Assembly (NCBI GenBank): GCA_963833225.1
Contig: CAWHXD010000008.1
Span: 32,001 to 96,000, forward strand
Length of the DNA stretch: 64,000 nucleotides
Reading direction: 5' to 3'
Source: an uncultured Chloroflexia bacterium
GTDB lineage: Bacteria; Chloroflexota; Limnocylindria; Limnocylindrales; CSP1-4
Positions 1 through 8,834 of the stretch are shown here, one piece after another (positions within the stretch are counted from its first letter, which is position 1; each line of letters starts with the position of its first letter). The notes beneath the pieces were generated by a model. That model ran no database searches. It had not been told where the DNA came from and was given only the letters and a program-made list of their open reading frames with translations. A program made the position numbers and the translations under genes.

Positions 1-41
1 ACTCACTCACCGCGACCCAGCGATGGGCCGCGCACGCACAG

Positions 42-118
42 GGGCGATTAGCTCAGCTGGTTAGAGCGCATGCTTGACATGCATGAGGTCACTGGTTCGA
101 GTCCAGTATCGCCCACCA
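42..118 (+). tRNA. tRNA-Val(GAC)
   Basis: Cloverleaf: acceptor GGGCGAT/ATCGCCC, D arm GCTC/GAGC, anticodon arm CATGC-TTGACAT-GCATG (GAC at 76-78), T arm ACTGG-TTCGAGT-CCAGT, encoded CCA at 116-118. Confidence 0.97.
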
Positions 119-120
119 CA

Positions 121-360
121 TCGCGTCGACCGGGACACGCCCCGTCCACAGCCCGCCAGAGCGTTGCGATCATCGGCTGAGAGTCGCAACCGGGCACCGG
201 GGATGAGGGCACCACCCGTGAGCGGCCGGCGAACCGGCCCGGGATCCGCCCGTTAGCGCGGCACGAGAGCGCGACGCCGGGCCGTCCGGCGGCGCGAAGG
301 CGGGTGGAACCGCGAGAGGTCTGAACCTCTCGTCCTGTCGGGACGAGAGGTTCTGTGATT
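121..360 (+). promoter_or_regulatory. T-box riboswitch (Thr) upstream of thrS
   Basis: T-box motif AAGGCGGGTGGAACCGCG at 297-314, stem I apical GTTGCGA..GCTGAGA..TCGCAAC, CCGTTA motif, candidate ACC (Thr) specifier at 211-213, and a 13-bp hairpin (323-335/341-353) overlapping the antiterminator. Confidence 0.88.
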
Positions 361-377
361 CCAAGGGAGCGGATGTG

Positions 378-2240
378 ATGGCAGAGGACAAGGCAGCCGC
401 CGCCGGTGGCGCGGCAGTGGTGGGTGAGGAGGAGCTCGACTTCGACGCCCCGGACCGGGGCTCGGCGGACGAGCTGCTCGACGCGGGGGCTCACGCGCCC
501 ATCGACGCCATGCGCCACTCGACGGCACACGTCATGGCCGAAGCGGTGCTCGACCTGTTCCCGGGCGCTCGCCTGGGGATCGGGCCGGCGATCGACAACG
601 GCTTCTACTACGACTTCGAGCTGCCCCGGGCGCTGACGCCCGACGACCTGTCCGCGATCGAGGGCCGGATGCGGCAGTCCATCGCCGCGGACCACGCCTT
701 CGTGCGCAAGGAGGTCCCGTTCGGGGACGGCCGGGCGCTCGAGGAGTCGCAGGGCCAGCCGTTCAAGGTGGAGATCCTCGACGACCTCGCGCGCAAGGCA
801 TCCGAGGCCGGCACCGAGATGCCGCCGACGACCTTCTACGAGCACGGTCCGTTTATCGACCTGTGCAAAGGCCCGCACGTGGCCTCCACGGGCCAGATCG
901 GCCCGTTCAAGCTGCTCACGGTTGCCGGCGCGTACTGGCGTGGGGACGAGAAGCGCCCGATGCTCCAGCGCATCTACGGGACGGTCTGGGAGACCCAGGA
1001 CGAGCTGGACCTCTACCTCGCCCGGCGGGAGGAGGCGAAGAAGCGCGACCACCGCAAGCTGGGCGTGCAGCTGGACCTGTTCAGCTTCCACGACGTGTCG
1101 CCGGGCTCGGCGTTCTGGCACCCGAAGGGCCAGCGCATCTGGCGCACGCTCGAGGCCGCCATGCTCGAGCTCCAGGAGCGTCGCGGCTACCAGGAGGTCT
1201 CGACGCCGATCCTCGTGTCGGAGCGGCTGTGGCGCCAGTCGGGTCACTGGGACCACTACGCCGACAACATGTTCATCGTCGACTCCGAGGGGCAGAAGTT
1301 CAGCCTCAAGCCGATGAACTGCCCCGAGTCCACGTTCATCTACCGCTCCCACCTGCGCTCGTACCGCGACCTGCCGCTGCGCTTCAATGAGTACGGTCGG
1401 CTCCACCGCAACGAGCGCTCCGGGGCGCTGTCGGGTCTCACGAGGGTCCGGCAGTTCATCCAGGACGACGCGCATGTGTACGTCCGCCCTGACCAGCTCA
1501 CCGCGGAGATCGAGGCGCTCATCGGCGAGGTCAACGAGGCGTTCGGGTGGTTCGGGCTGGAACCGCGGTTCGCGTTTGCCACTCGCCCCGACAAGGCGAT
1601 CGGCGACCCTGCCCTGTGGGAGCTCGCCGAGCGCCTGATCAAGGAGGCCCTGGACCGGGTCGGCGGCGACTACGTCATCAAGCCCAAGGACGGCACGTTC
1701 TACGCGCCCAAGATCGACATCTACATTGATGACGCCCTGGGCCGTGAGTGGCAGATGGCGACGATCCAGATCGACCTCACGATGCTGCCCGAGCGCTTCG
1801 ACCTGACCTACATCGACGAGGACGGCCAGCCGAAGCGCCCGATGGCGATCCACCGGGCGATCTACGGCTCCTTGGAGCGGTTCATCGGGATCCTGGTGGA
1901 GCACTTCGCGGGCGCGTTCCCGCTGTGGGTCGCGCCCGTCCAGGCGGTGATCATCCCGATCGCCGATCGCCACGTGGGGCCCGCGGGGGAGCTGGCGGCG
2001 GAGCTGCGGGCGGCCGGCATCCGGTTCGTCGAGGTCGACGACTCCGACAACCGGATGCAGAACAAGATCCGCCTCGCGCAGGGCCAGAAGGTCCCGTACA
2101 TGCTGATTCTGGGCGACCGCGAGGTCGAGGCGCGCACTGCATCCGTGCGCCGTCGCGACGGATCCCAGGAGCAGGGCGTCGGATGGGCGGACCTGGCCGC
2201 CCGGCTGGGCGAGGAGGTCCGCACCCGGGCCCTGGGGTAG
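378..2240 (+). CDS. thrS: Threonine--tRNA ligase
   Basis: HSTAHVMA and DLCKGPH editing-domain motifs, KPMNCP, class II catalytic core, anticodon-binding domain. SD AAGGGAG upstream; GTG at 375 is an alternative start. Confidence 0.97.
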   Translation: MAEDKAAAAGGAAVVGEEELDFDAPDRGSADELLDAGAHAPIDAMRHSTAHVMAEAVLDLFPGARLGIGPAIDNGFYYDFELPRALTPDDLSAIEGRMRQSIAADHAFVRKEVPFGDGRALEESQGQPFKVEILDDLARKASEAGTEMPPTTFYEHGPFIDLCKGPHVASTGQIGPFKLLTVAGAYWRGDEKRPMLQRIYGTVWETQDELDLYLARREEAKKRDHRKLGVQLDLFSFHDVSPGSAFWHPKGQRIWRTLEAAMLELQERRGYQEVSTPILVSERLWRQSGHWDHYADNMFIVDSEGQKFSLKPMNCPESTFIYRSHLRSYRDLPLRFNEYGRLHRNERSGALSGLTRVRQFIQDDAHVYVRPDQLTAEIEALIGEVNEAFGWFGLEPRFAFATRPDKAIGDPALWELAERLIKEALDRVGGDYVIKPKDGTFYAPKIDIYIDDALGREWQMATIQIDLTMLPERFDLTYIDEDGQPKRPMAIHRAIYGSLERFIGILVEHFAGAFPLWVAPVQAVIIPIADRHVGPAGELAAELRAAGIRFVEVDDSDNRMQNKIRLAQGQKVPYMLILGDREVEARTASVRRRDGSQEQGVGWADLAARLGEEVRTRALG

Positions 2241-2508
2241 GGGAGTCGGCGGCCGGTATCCGCCATCCGCCTTCACGGGGAGTGAACACTTCGCGGTCGA
2301 ACGGCCGTCGATGGCTTCCGCCAGTGCGTTCCGTTGACCGATGGTGATCGGCGCCGCGCGAGGCACCGGTGGATCATCCGGTGGTGGCCAAAGCGTTCAC
2401 TCGGAGTGAACGGCGAGGGGTTGCCGTGCGCGCCAGGGACGCTGGTCGCCGCGCTCGCATCGGGCCCAGCCGGACGCCTCGCGTTCGTTGCGAGCCATCG
2501 AACCTGCG

Positions 2509-2517
2509 TGCTATCCT
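2509..2517 (+). promoter_or_regulatory. Putative extended -10 promoter (TG-C-TATCCT) for infC-rpmI-rplT
   Basis: TGnTAnnnT about 75 nt upstream of the infC start. Confidence 0.45.
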
Positions 2518-2590
2518 CCCGCGGCGACCGCACCGGGCGTTTGGCTTTGTGCGCCGCACGATCAGCCACGACAACAAAGGGAACCACGAC

Positions 2591-3229
2591 ATCAGCCGAG
2601 ACCTGCGCATCAACCAGATGATCCGTGTCCCACAGGTCCGGGTCCTCGACGAAGATGGCTCACAGCTGGGCGTGATGCCCACGCAACAGGCCCTGGCGAT
2701 GGCGCAGGAGCGAGGCTTCGATCTCGTCGAGGTCGCTCCGACCGCGGCCCCCCCGGTCGTCAAGTTTCTCGACTACGGTCAGTACAAGTACGAACTGACC
2801 AAGCGGGACAAGGAGGCGAAGCGGAAGCAGCGGGCGGTGGAGTTCAAGGAAGTCCGCCTGTCACCGAAGATCGGCATCGGCGACTTTGAAACGAAGGTCC
2901 ACCGCGCGATCGAGTTCCTCGAGGACGGAGACAGGATCAAGGTGACCGTCCGCTTCCGCGGTCGGGAGCTGACGCACCCGGAGATCGGCCGGGGCCTCCT
3001 CGCGAAGTTCGGGGAGGCCGTCAAGGACCACGGGACCGTGGACCGGATGCCGGCCCTCGAAGGCAAATCGATGTTCATGACGCTCGCGTCGGTCCACAAG
3101 CCGAAGCAGCACGAGCACCGCAACCCGGCGGGGAGGGACGACGACGTCAATGTCGCCGAAGCCACCCCCGCCCCCGCCCCGACGCCCTCCGCCGAGCCGG
3201 CGGTCGAGGCGGCGCCAGCAGGAGAGTGA
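2591..3229 (+). CDS. infC: Translation initiation factor IF-3 (non-canonical ATC start)
   Basis: Recognisable IF3 sequence begins ISRDLRINQMIRVPQVRV. SD AAAGGGA lies 8 nt before ATC 2591; the longer ORF from 2369 does not resemble IF3. Confidence 0.93.
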   Translation: MSRDLRINQMIRVPQVRVLDEDGSQLGVMPTQQALAMAQERGFDLVEVAPTAAPPVVKFLDYGQYKYELTKRDKEAKRKQRAVEFKEVRLSPKIGIGDFETKVHRAIEFLEDGDRIKVTVRFRGRELTHPEIGRGLLAKFGEAVKDHGTVDRMPALEGKSMFMTLASVHKPKQHEHRNPAGRDDDVNVAEATPAPAPTPSAEPAVEAAPAGE

Positions 3230-3236
3230 GGCCAGC

Positions 3237-3434
3237 GTGCCGAAGATGAAGACCCACAAGGGGGCCCAGAAGCGAATCGGGGTCACCGGGTCCGGCAAGT
3301 TCATCCGGGTGAAGTCCTGGCGCGGACACCACCTCGAGCTGAAGTCGTCGCGCCGTACCCGTCGGTACGCCGGCAAGGTGGTCATGGGACCCGAGTCCCA
3401 GGAGCAGGTGCGCCGCCTGCTGCCGTACGCGTAG
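3237..3434 (+). CDS. rpmI: 50S ribosomal protein L35
   Basis: (M)PKMKTHKGAQKRIGVTGSGK, GTG start, conserved infC-rpmI-rplT order. Confidence 0.96.
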   Translation: MPKMKTHKGAQKRIGVTGSGKFIRVKSWRGHHLELKSSRRTRRYAGKVVMGPESQEQVRRLLPYA

Positions 3435-3443
3435 GAGCGCTCG

Positions 3444-3794
3444 ATGGCACGCGTCAAGCGGGGCGTCACCGCCCACAAGCGCCACAAGCGGCTGCTCAAC
3501 GCCTCCGAGGGGCGCAAGGGCACCAACCGCAAGCTCATCAAGCGGGCCCGTGAGTCCCAGCTCCACGCGCTGGCCTACGCGACCCGGGATCGGAAGCAGC
3601 GGAAGCGCGACATGCGCCAGCTGTGGATCATCCGGATCAACGCGGCGGCTCGCCTGAACGGGATCAGCTACAGCAAGCTCGTCGCGGGTCTTCGGAAGGC
3701 CAACGTCGATCTCGATCGCAAGGTCCTGGCCGACATCGCCGTCCGCGACGCCGCGACCTTCGGCCGGATCGCCGAGGTCGCTCGCACGGCTTGA
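3444..3794 (+). CDS. rplT: 50S ribosomal protein L20
   Basis: MARVKRG...RQLWIIRINAAAR...LDRKVLADIA. Confidence 0.98.
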   Translation: MARVKRGVTAHKRHKRLLNASEGRKGTNRKLIKRARESQLHALAYATRDRKQRKRDMRQLWIIRINAAARLNGISYSKLVAGLRKANVDLDRKVLADIAVRDAATFGRIAEVARTA

Positions 3795-3815
3795 TCGCCC
3801 ACGATCACGCAGCCC

Positions 3816-3856
3816 CGAGCCCTCGACGTCGCCACGGCGCTCGAGGGTTCGTGATT
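3816..3856 (+). terminator. Hairpin between rplT and pheS (terminator/attenuator-like)
   Basis: CGAGCCCTCGA (3816-3826) pairs with TCGAGGGTTCG (3841-3851), followed by a weak TGATT tail. Confidence 0.5.
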
Positions 3857-3879
3857 CTCAGGATCTTGAACGGGAGCCC

Positions 3880-4920
3880 ATGGATCTCGCCCAGCTGACA
3901 TCGGACCTCCAGGCGCTGCGTGCGCGCGCCGTGAGCGCCTCGGCGGCGGCGCCGGACACGGCCGCCATCGACGACCTGGAGGTTGGCGTCCTCGGCAAGA
4001 AGGGGGACCTGACCGCCATCCTGCGCGGCATCGGCGGGCTGCCGCCCGAGGATCGCCCGAGGGTCGGCGCGATCGCCAACGAGGTGCGCGCGGCCGTGGA
4101 AGCCGCGTTGCTCGAGGCGAGGGGGCGTCTCGGCTCCTCGGAGCTCGCTGCCAGGCTCGCGGCGGAGACGGTGGACGTGACTGCGCCCGGCCGGCCGATC
4201 CGGCGCGGCTCGCTGCACCCGATCCTCGAGACCGCCCGCGAGATCGCCGAGGTCTTCGCCCAGTTCGGGTTCGTGGTCTACGAGGGCCCCGAGATCGAGG
4301 ACGACCTCACCAACTTCCAGATGCTCAACATCCCGCCCGACCACCCGGCGCGGGACCTGTGGGACACGCTCTACCTCGACCTCGAGGGTCAGCTGCTCCG
4401 CACGCACACGAGCCCCGGCCAGATCCGTGTCATGCACCAGGAGCGGCCGCCGATCCGGGCGTTGCTGCCCGGGCGCTGCTTCCGGTACGAGGCGGTCGAT
4501 GCCAGCCACGCCTCGGAGTTCTTCCAGGTCGAAGGCCTGATGATCGACGAGGGCACGTCGATGGCGGATCTCAAGGGGCTGCTGGACCAGTTCGCCCACG
4601 CCATGTTCGGGGAGGACCGGGCAACCCGGTTCCGGCCGGGCTACTACCCGTTCACGGAGCCGTCGGTGGCGTTCGACATCCTGTGCGTGATCTGCAACGG
4701 CGAGAAGTGCCCCGCCTGCTCGCGGACCGGCTGGATGACGATCCTCGGCGCCGGGATGGTCCACCCGGTGGTGCTCCGCTACGGCGGCATCGACCCGGAG
4801 CGCTACCAGGGGTTTGCCTTCGGGATGGGCGTCGAGCGGATCGCGAACCTCCGCCACCACGTCGTGGACCTCCGCGCGTACATGGAGGATGACCTTCGCT
4901 TCCTGGGAGCGTTCCGGTGA
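3880..4920 (+). CDS. pheS: Phenylalanine--tRNA ligase alpha subunit
   Basis: HPAR, LLRTHTS, FFQVEGL, YPFTEPS and GFAFGMGVER motifs, plus a CxxCxxxxCxxC insert. Confidence 0.98.
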   Translation: MDLAQLTSDLQALRARAVSASAAAPDTAAIDDLEVGVLGKKGDLTAILRGIGGLPPEDRPRVGAIANEVRAAVEAALLEARGRLGSSELAARLAAETVDVTAPGRPIRRGSLHPILETAREIAEVFAQFGFVVYEGPEIEDDLTNFQMLNIPPDHPARDLWDTLYLDLEGQLLRTHTSPGQIRVMHQERPPIRALLPGRCFRYEAVDASHASEFFQVEGLMIDEGTSMADLKGLLDQFAHAMFGEDRATRFRPGYYPFTEPSVAFDILCVICNGEKCPACSRTGWMTILGAGMVHPVVLRYGGIDPERYQGFAFGMGVERIANLRHHVVDLRAYMEDDLRFLGAFR

Positions 4921-7421
4921 GGGTGCCGCTGTCCTGGCTCCGGGACTTCGTCGACTTGGAGCTCACCCCGGAGCAGCTCGCCGAGCGCCTGACGCTGCTG
5001 GGCATGGAGGTCAAGCACGTCGAGCGCTGGGGCGCCGACTGGCAGGGCGTCGTCACGGGCGAGCTCCTGACGGTCGAGAAGCACCCGCGCGCGGACCGCC
5101 TCAGCCTGACCACGGTGACTCTTGGGGATGGCTCCGAGCCGCTCTCGATCGTGTGCGGCGCCACCAACATCGCGCCCGGTCAGCGGATCCCGGTCGCGCT
5201 CCCGGGTTCCGTCCTGCCCGGCGACCGGCGCATCGAGCGCACCGAGAAGATGGGCGTCGTGTCCAACGGCATGCTCTGCTCGGGCGACGAGCTCAAGCTC
5301 ACCGGTGATGCGGACGGGATCCTCATCCTGCCCGCCGCCACCCCCCTGGGCATCCCGCTGGCGGACCTGTTCGGCGACGTCGTCCTCGACGTGGACGTCA
5401 AGCCCAACCGCGGTGACGTCCTGTCGATCCTGGGCCTCGCCCGAGAGGTCTCGGCGGTGACGGGCGCCCCCGTCCGGATCCCCGAGATCACGGTCGAGGA
5501 GGGGACGGGTCCGTCCATCGACCAGCGCCTGGCCGTCCGGATCGACGCCCCAGACCTGTGCACCGGGTTCGGGGGTCGCTGGGTGAGCGGCGTGACCATC
5601 GGCCCGTCGCCGGACGCCATCCAGATGCGGCTCCTTGCCGCCGGCCAGCGTCCGATCAGCAACGTGGTGGATGCGTCCAACTACGTCATGCTGGAGCTGG
5701 GCAAGCCGATCCACACGTTTGACGCCGCGGCGATCCATGCCGGCGCCGACGGCCGCCCGACGATCGTCGTGCGCCGGGCCACGGCCGGCGAGCGCATCGA
5801 GACCCTCGACCACGTCCAGCGCGAGCTGACCGATGACACGCTGCTGATCGCGGATCCCGCCGGTCCGCTCGCCGTCGCGGGCGTCATGGGCGGTGCCACC
5901 TCCGAGGTGTCGGCCGCCACCCGTGAGGTCGCCATCGAGTCGGCCATCTTCGACCCGGTGAGCATCCGGCGCACCGCCCAGCGACTCGGGCTGCGGTCCG
6001 AGGCGTCCAACCGGTTCGAGAAGGGCCAGGAGCCCCGTCTGGCGCGCATGGGCGCGGACCGCACGGCGCAGCTGATCCGGTCGTGGGCTGGCGGCGAGAT
6101 CGCGCGCGGTGCCATCGACACGGCGCCCGCGCCAGTCCCGCTGGGTCGCGTCGCATTCCGCCCGGCACGAGTCAACCGACTGCTGGGCACCGACCTGAGC
6201 GCCGCGGAGCAGCAGGCGCTGCTGGCGCGCGTCGGGGTGGCCACCGAGCCGGCAGCGGCCGGCACGCCCGTGCCTGTCGCGCTGGAGCCGCAGGCCCTGA
6301 CCGTCGCCGCCAGCGCCGACGAGGCGGTGACCGCGGTGGTGCCGACCTGGCGCCGGGATATCGCCATCGAGGCGGACGTGGCCGAGGAGATCGCCCGCGT
6401 TCGCGGGTACGAGCTCACCCCGTCGGTGAGACCGGACACGGAGATGCCACACTTCCGCGCCTCACCGCTCGAAGCGAGGGAGCTGATCCGCGAGACGCTC
6501 GCCGGGGCAGGCCTCACGGAGGTCGTCACCACGGCCCTCGTGTCGCCCAGGCACGTGGAGACGTTCGTGCTGGCGCGCGACGTGCCCTCGGTGGGCGACG
6601 AGCCTCAGCCGGGCGGCGACCCCATCGAGGTGACCAACCCCCTCTCACGCGACCACTCGCTGCTGCGGCGGAACCTGCTGGGCAGCCTGCTCGACGTCGT
6701 GGGCGTCAACCTGCGCCACGGGACGGACGACGTCGCGGTGTTCGAGATCGGCAAGGGCTACGCGCGGACCGGCACCGTGCCCCGCGAATGGTGGCGTCTC
6801 GGGTTCGCGCTGGTGGGGGCCGCCGAGCCGGCGGCCTGGAACCGTCACGAGCGCCCGTATGACCTCGACGATGCGAAGGGGATCCTGGAGCTCCTGGCCC
6901 GGCGCCTCGGCCTGCCCCGACCCGTGTACGAGGCGGAGACGGCCGAGCCGCTGTTCCACCCCGGCCGGACGGCGCGGATGACCGTGGGCGACCGCCTGCA
7001 TGCGCTCGTCGGCGAGGTCCATCCGGGCACGGTTGACGCGTGGGAGCTGCGAACGTCCCGGCGGGTCATCCTCGCCGAGGTCGCCCTTGACGGGCTGGCG
7101 ACGGGTCGTCTGACGCCGGAGCTGGCGACGGTGGCGCCGCGGTTCCCGGTGGTGGATCGCGACCTGGCGATCGTGGTGCCCGAGGAGACCGCCGTCCGCC
7201 TGGTGGAGGACGTCGTTCGCGACCATGGCGGCGCGCTGCTCCAGGGCGTCACCCTGTTCGACATCTATCGCGGGGTGCCGCTCGCTGAGACGGAGAAGAG
7301 CCTGGCGTTCCGGCTCCGCCTCGGATCCGCCGATCGGACCCTGACCGAGGCGGAGGTCGAGGCCGCCGTGGCCCGCGTCGTCGCCGCGCTGCCGGCGATC
7401 GGGGCCCGGCTCCGGGCGTGA
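4917..7421 (+). CDS. pheT: Phenylalanine--tRNA ligase beta subunit
   Basis: PLSWLRDFV start, KPNRGD, B3/B4 domain, FDX-ACB C-terminus (RDLA, LFDIYRG, KSLAFR); GTGA overlap with pheS. Confidence 0.97.
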   Translation: MRVPLSWLRDFVDLELTPEQLAERLTLLGMEVKHVERWGADWQGVVTGELLTVEKHPRADRLSLTTVTLGDGSEPLSIVCGATNIAPGQRIPVALPGSVLPGDRRIERTEKMGVVSNGMLCSGDELKLTGDADGILILPAATPLGIPLADLFGDVVLDVDVKPNRGDVLSILGLAREVSAVTGAPVRIPEITVEEGTGPSIDQRLAVRIDAPDLCTGFGGRWVSGVTIGPSPDAIQMRLLAAGQRPISNVVDASNYVMLELGKPIHTFDAAAIHAGADGRPTIVVRRATAGERIETLDHVQRELTDDTLLIADPAGPLAVAGVMGGATSEVSAATREVAIESAIFDPVSIRRTAQRLGLRSEASNRFEKGQEPRLARMGADRTAQLIRSWAGGEIARGAIDTAPAPVPLGRVAFRPARVNRLLGTDLSAAEQQALLARVGVATEPAAAGTPVPVALEPQALTVAASADEAVTAVVPTWRRDIAIEADVAEEIARVRGYELTPSVRPDTEMPHFRASPLEARELIRETLAGAGLTEVVTTALVSPRHVETFVLARDVPSVGDEPQPGGDPIEVTNPLSRDHSLLRRNLLGSLLDVVGVNLRHGTDDVAVFEIGKGYARTGTVPREWWRLGFALVGAAEPAAWNRHERPYDLDDAKGILELLARRLGLPRPVYEAETAEPLFHPGRTARMTVGDRLHALVGEVHPGTVDAWELRTSRRVILAEVALDGLATGRLTPELATVAPRFPVVDRDLAIVVPEETAVRLVEDVVRDHGGALLQGVTLFDIYRGVPLAETEKSLAFRLRLGSADRTLTEAEVEAAVARVVAALPAIGARLRA

Positions 7422-7563
7422 CGACGGCCCCGAGGCAGGAACCCCGACACCCTCCACGGCCCAGGGGGCTCGCCGCCCATTGCGGCCGGCTTGGAGGCAC
7501 TGCTACGCTTCCGAGCGGATCATGGCCGGTGGGGGTCCCGGTCGCCGTCACGAGGGATGACGC

Positions 7564-8148
7564 GTGAACATCGTCGACACCATCCAGTCGTTCAACCTGT
7601 TCGACCTGCTGACCATCCTGTTCCTGTTCGCCATGTTCGTCCTGGGCTACATCCAGGGATCCATCAGGCGACTGGTCGGCACGCTGTCGTTCATCTTCTC
7701 GTTCTTCCTGGCGGCGCTGCTCTCGGTGCCGTTCGGCGACTTCCTCAAGTCGTACTGGACCAACTACCCGGACGAGTACTCGGTGATGCTCGGGTTCCTG
7801 GTCCTGTTCGGAGCGGCCGTGGTGGCGTTCTTCCTGGTCATCCAGGGCACGTACAGCAAGACGCAGCTGTTCGCGAAGTACCCGGTGGTCGACGAGATCC
7901 TGGGCGGTGTGGTGGGCGTCGCCCAGGGCCTGCTCCTGCTGCTGTTCCTGACGATCATCCTGGACCAGTACTTCCTGTTCGCGCCGACCACGGCGAGGAT
8001 CGAGGAGGTGCCGCTCCTGCGGCCGATCTGGGAGTCGCTCAACGCCTCGGCCTTCGGCTCCGCGCTCCACCAGCAGGTTATCCCCAACTTCGTGAACCTG
8101 ATGGGGTTCCTGCTCCCTGACTACCTCCGGGTCGTCTACGCTCGGTAG
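7564..8148 (+). CDS. cvpA: CvpA (colicin V production) family membrane protein
   Basis: Four hydrophobic segments, GYIQG and DEILGGVVG patterns, and typical position between pheT and mutS2. Confidence 0.8.
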   Translation: MNIVDTIQSFNLFDLLTILFLFAMFVLGYIQGSIRRLVGTLSFIFSFFLAALLSVPFGDFLKSYWTNYPDEYSVMLGFLVLFGAAVVAFFLVIQGTYSKTQLFAKYPVVDEILGGVVGVAQGLLLLLFLTIILDQYFLFAPTTARIEEVPLLRPIWESLNASAFGSALHQQVIPNFVNLMGFLLPDYLRVVYAR

Positions 8149-8834
8149 TGGCCGAGAGCCCGGGCGACCGCCCGCCACCGGCGCTGTCCCGGGAGCTGCT
8201 TGCCGGGGACTCGCTCACCGCTGCGCGCGCCCTGCTCGGTGCCCGCCTGGTCCGTGACCCCGATCCTCGGTCACCCCTCGAGCCTGCGCTCGGGGTTCGA
8301 CGGGTGGGCCGGATCGTCGAGGTCGAGGCGTACATCGGCGAGGAGGATCGAGCGTCGCACGCGCGCATGGGGCCGACGCCCAGGAACCGGGTGATGTACG
8401 GCCCGCCCGGGATTGCCTACGTGTACCTTGTCTACGGCATGCACCATTGCCTCAACGTCGTGACCGAACCGGCGTCAAGGCCGGCGGCGCTGCTCATCCG
8501 CGCGGCCGAGCCACTCGAGGGTGTCGACGCGATGCGGGTCGCGAGAGCGCAGTCGGCGCGCCGCCAGCCGGCCCGCAGGGTTCCGGACGCCCGGCTCGCC
8601 TCGGGCCCCGGCCTGGTCGCTGCGGCCTTCTCGATCGACCGCTCATGCACCGGCATCGACCTGTGCGACCCGACATCGCCGCTCCGCCTCGAGCCGGCGT
8701 TCCCCGAAGACCGGCGGGCGGAGGTCGTCGCCGCACCGCGCGTTGGCATTGCTCGTGCCGGAGAGCCGTGGGCCTCGGTCCCTTGGCGCCTGCTGGACGC
8801 ATCGAGCCCCTCGCTGTCCACCCGGCTCCCGTGA
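8148..8834 (+). CDS. mpg: DNA-3-methyladenine glycosylase (AAG/MPG family)
   Basis: GRIVEVEAY, YVYLVYGMHHCLNVV, LIRAAEP, SGPG and PRVGI motifs. Confidence 0.92.
   Translation: MAESPGDRPPPALSRELLAGDSLTAARALLGARLVRDPDPRSPLEPALGVRRVGRIVEVEAYIGEEDRASHARMGPTPRNRVMYGPPGIAYVYLVYGMHHCLNVVTEPASRPAALLIRAAEPLEGVDAMRVARAQSARRQPARRVPDARLASGPGLVAAAFSIDRSCTGIDLCDPTSPLRLEPAFPEDRRAEVVAAPRVGIARAGEPWASVPWRLLDASSPSLSTRLP

Noticed and set aside
42-118. tRNA-Val as an integration site for the accessory region
   Set aside because: No duplicated tRNA 3' end or integrase seen in the window.
48-2366. Long antisense ORFs (48..2366, also 11600..14128, 22763..25084, 49454..51940 and others)
   Set aside because: Shadow frames of real genes, expected from high-GC codon bias; no recognisable motifs.
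4681-4725. Cys cluster CxxCxxxxCxxC in PheS
   Set aside because: A common insert in many bacterial PheS proteins, so not novel.
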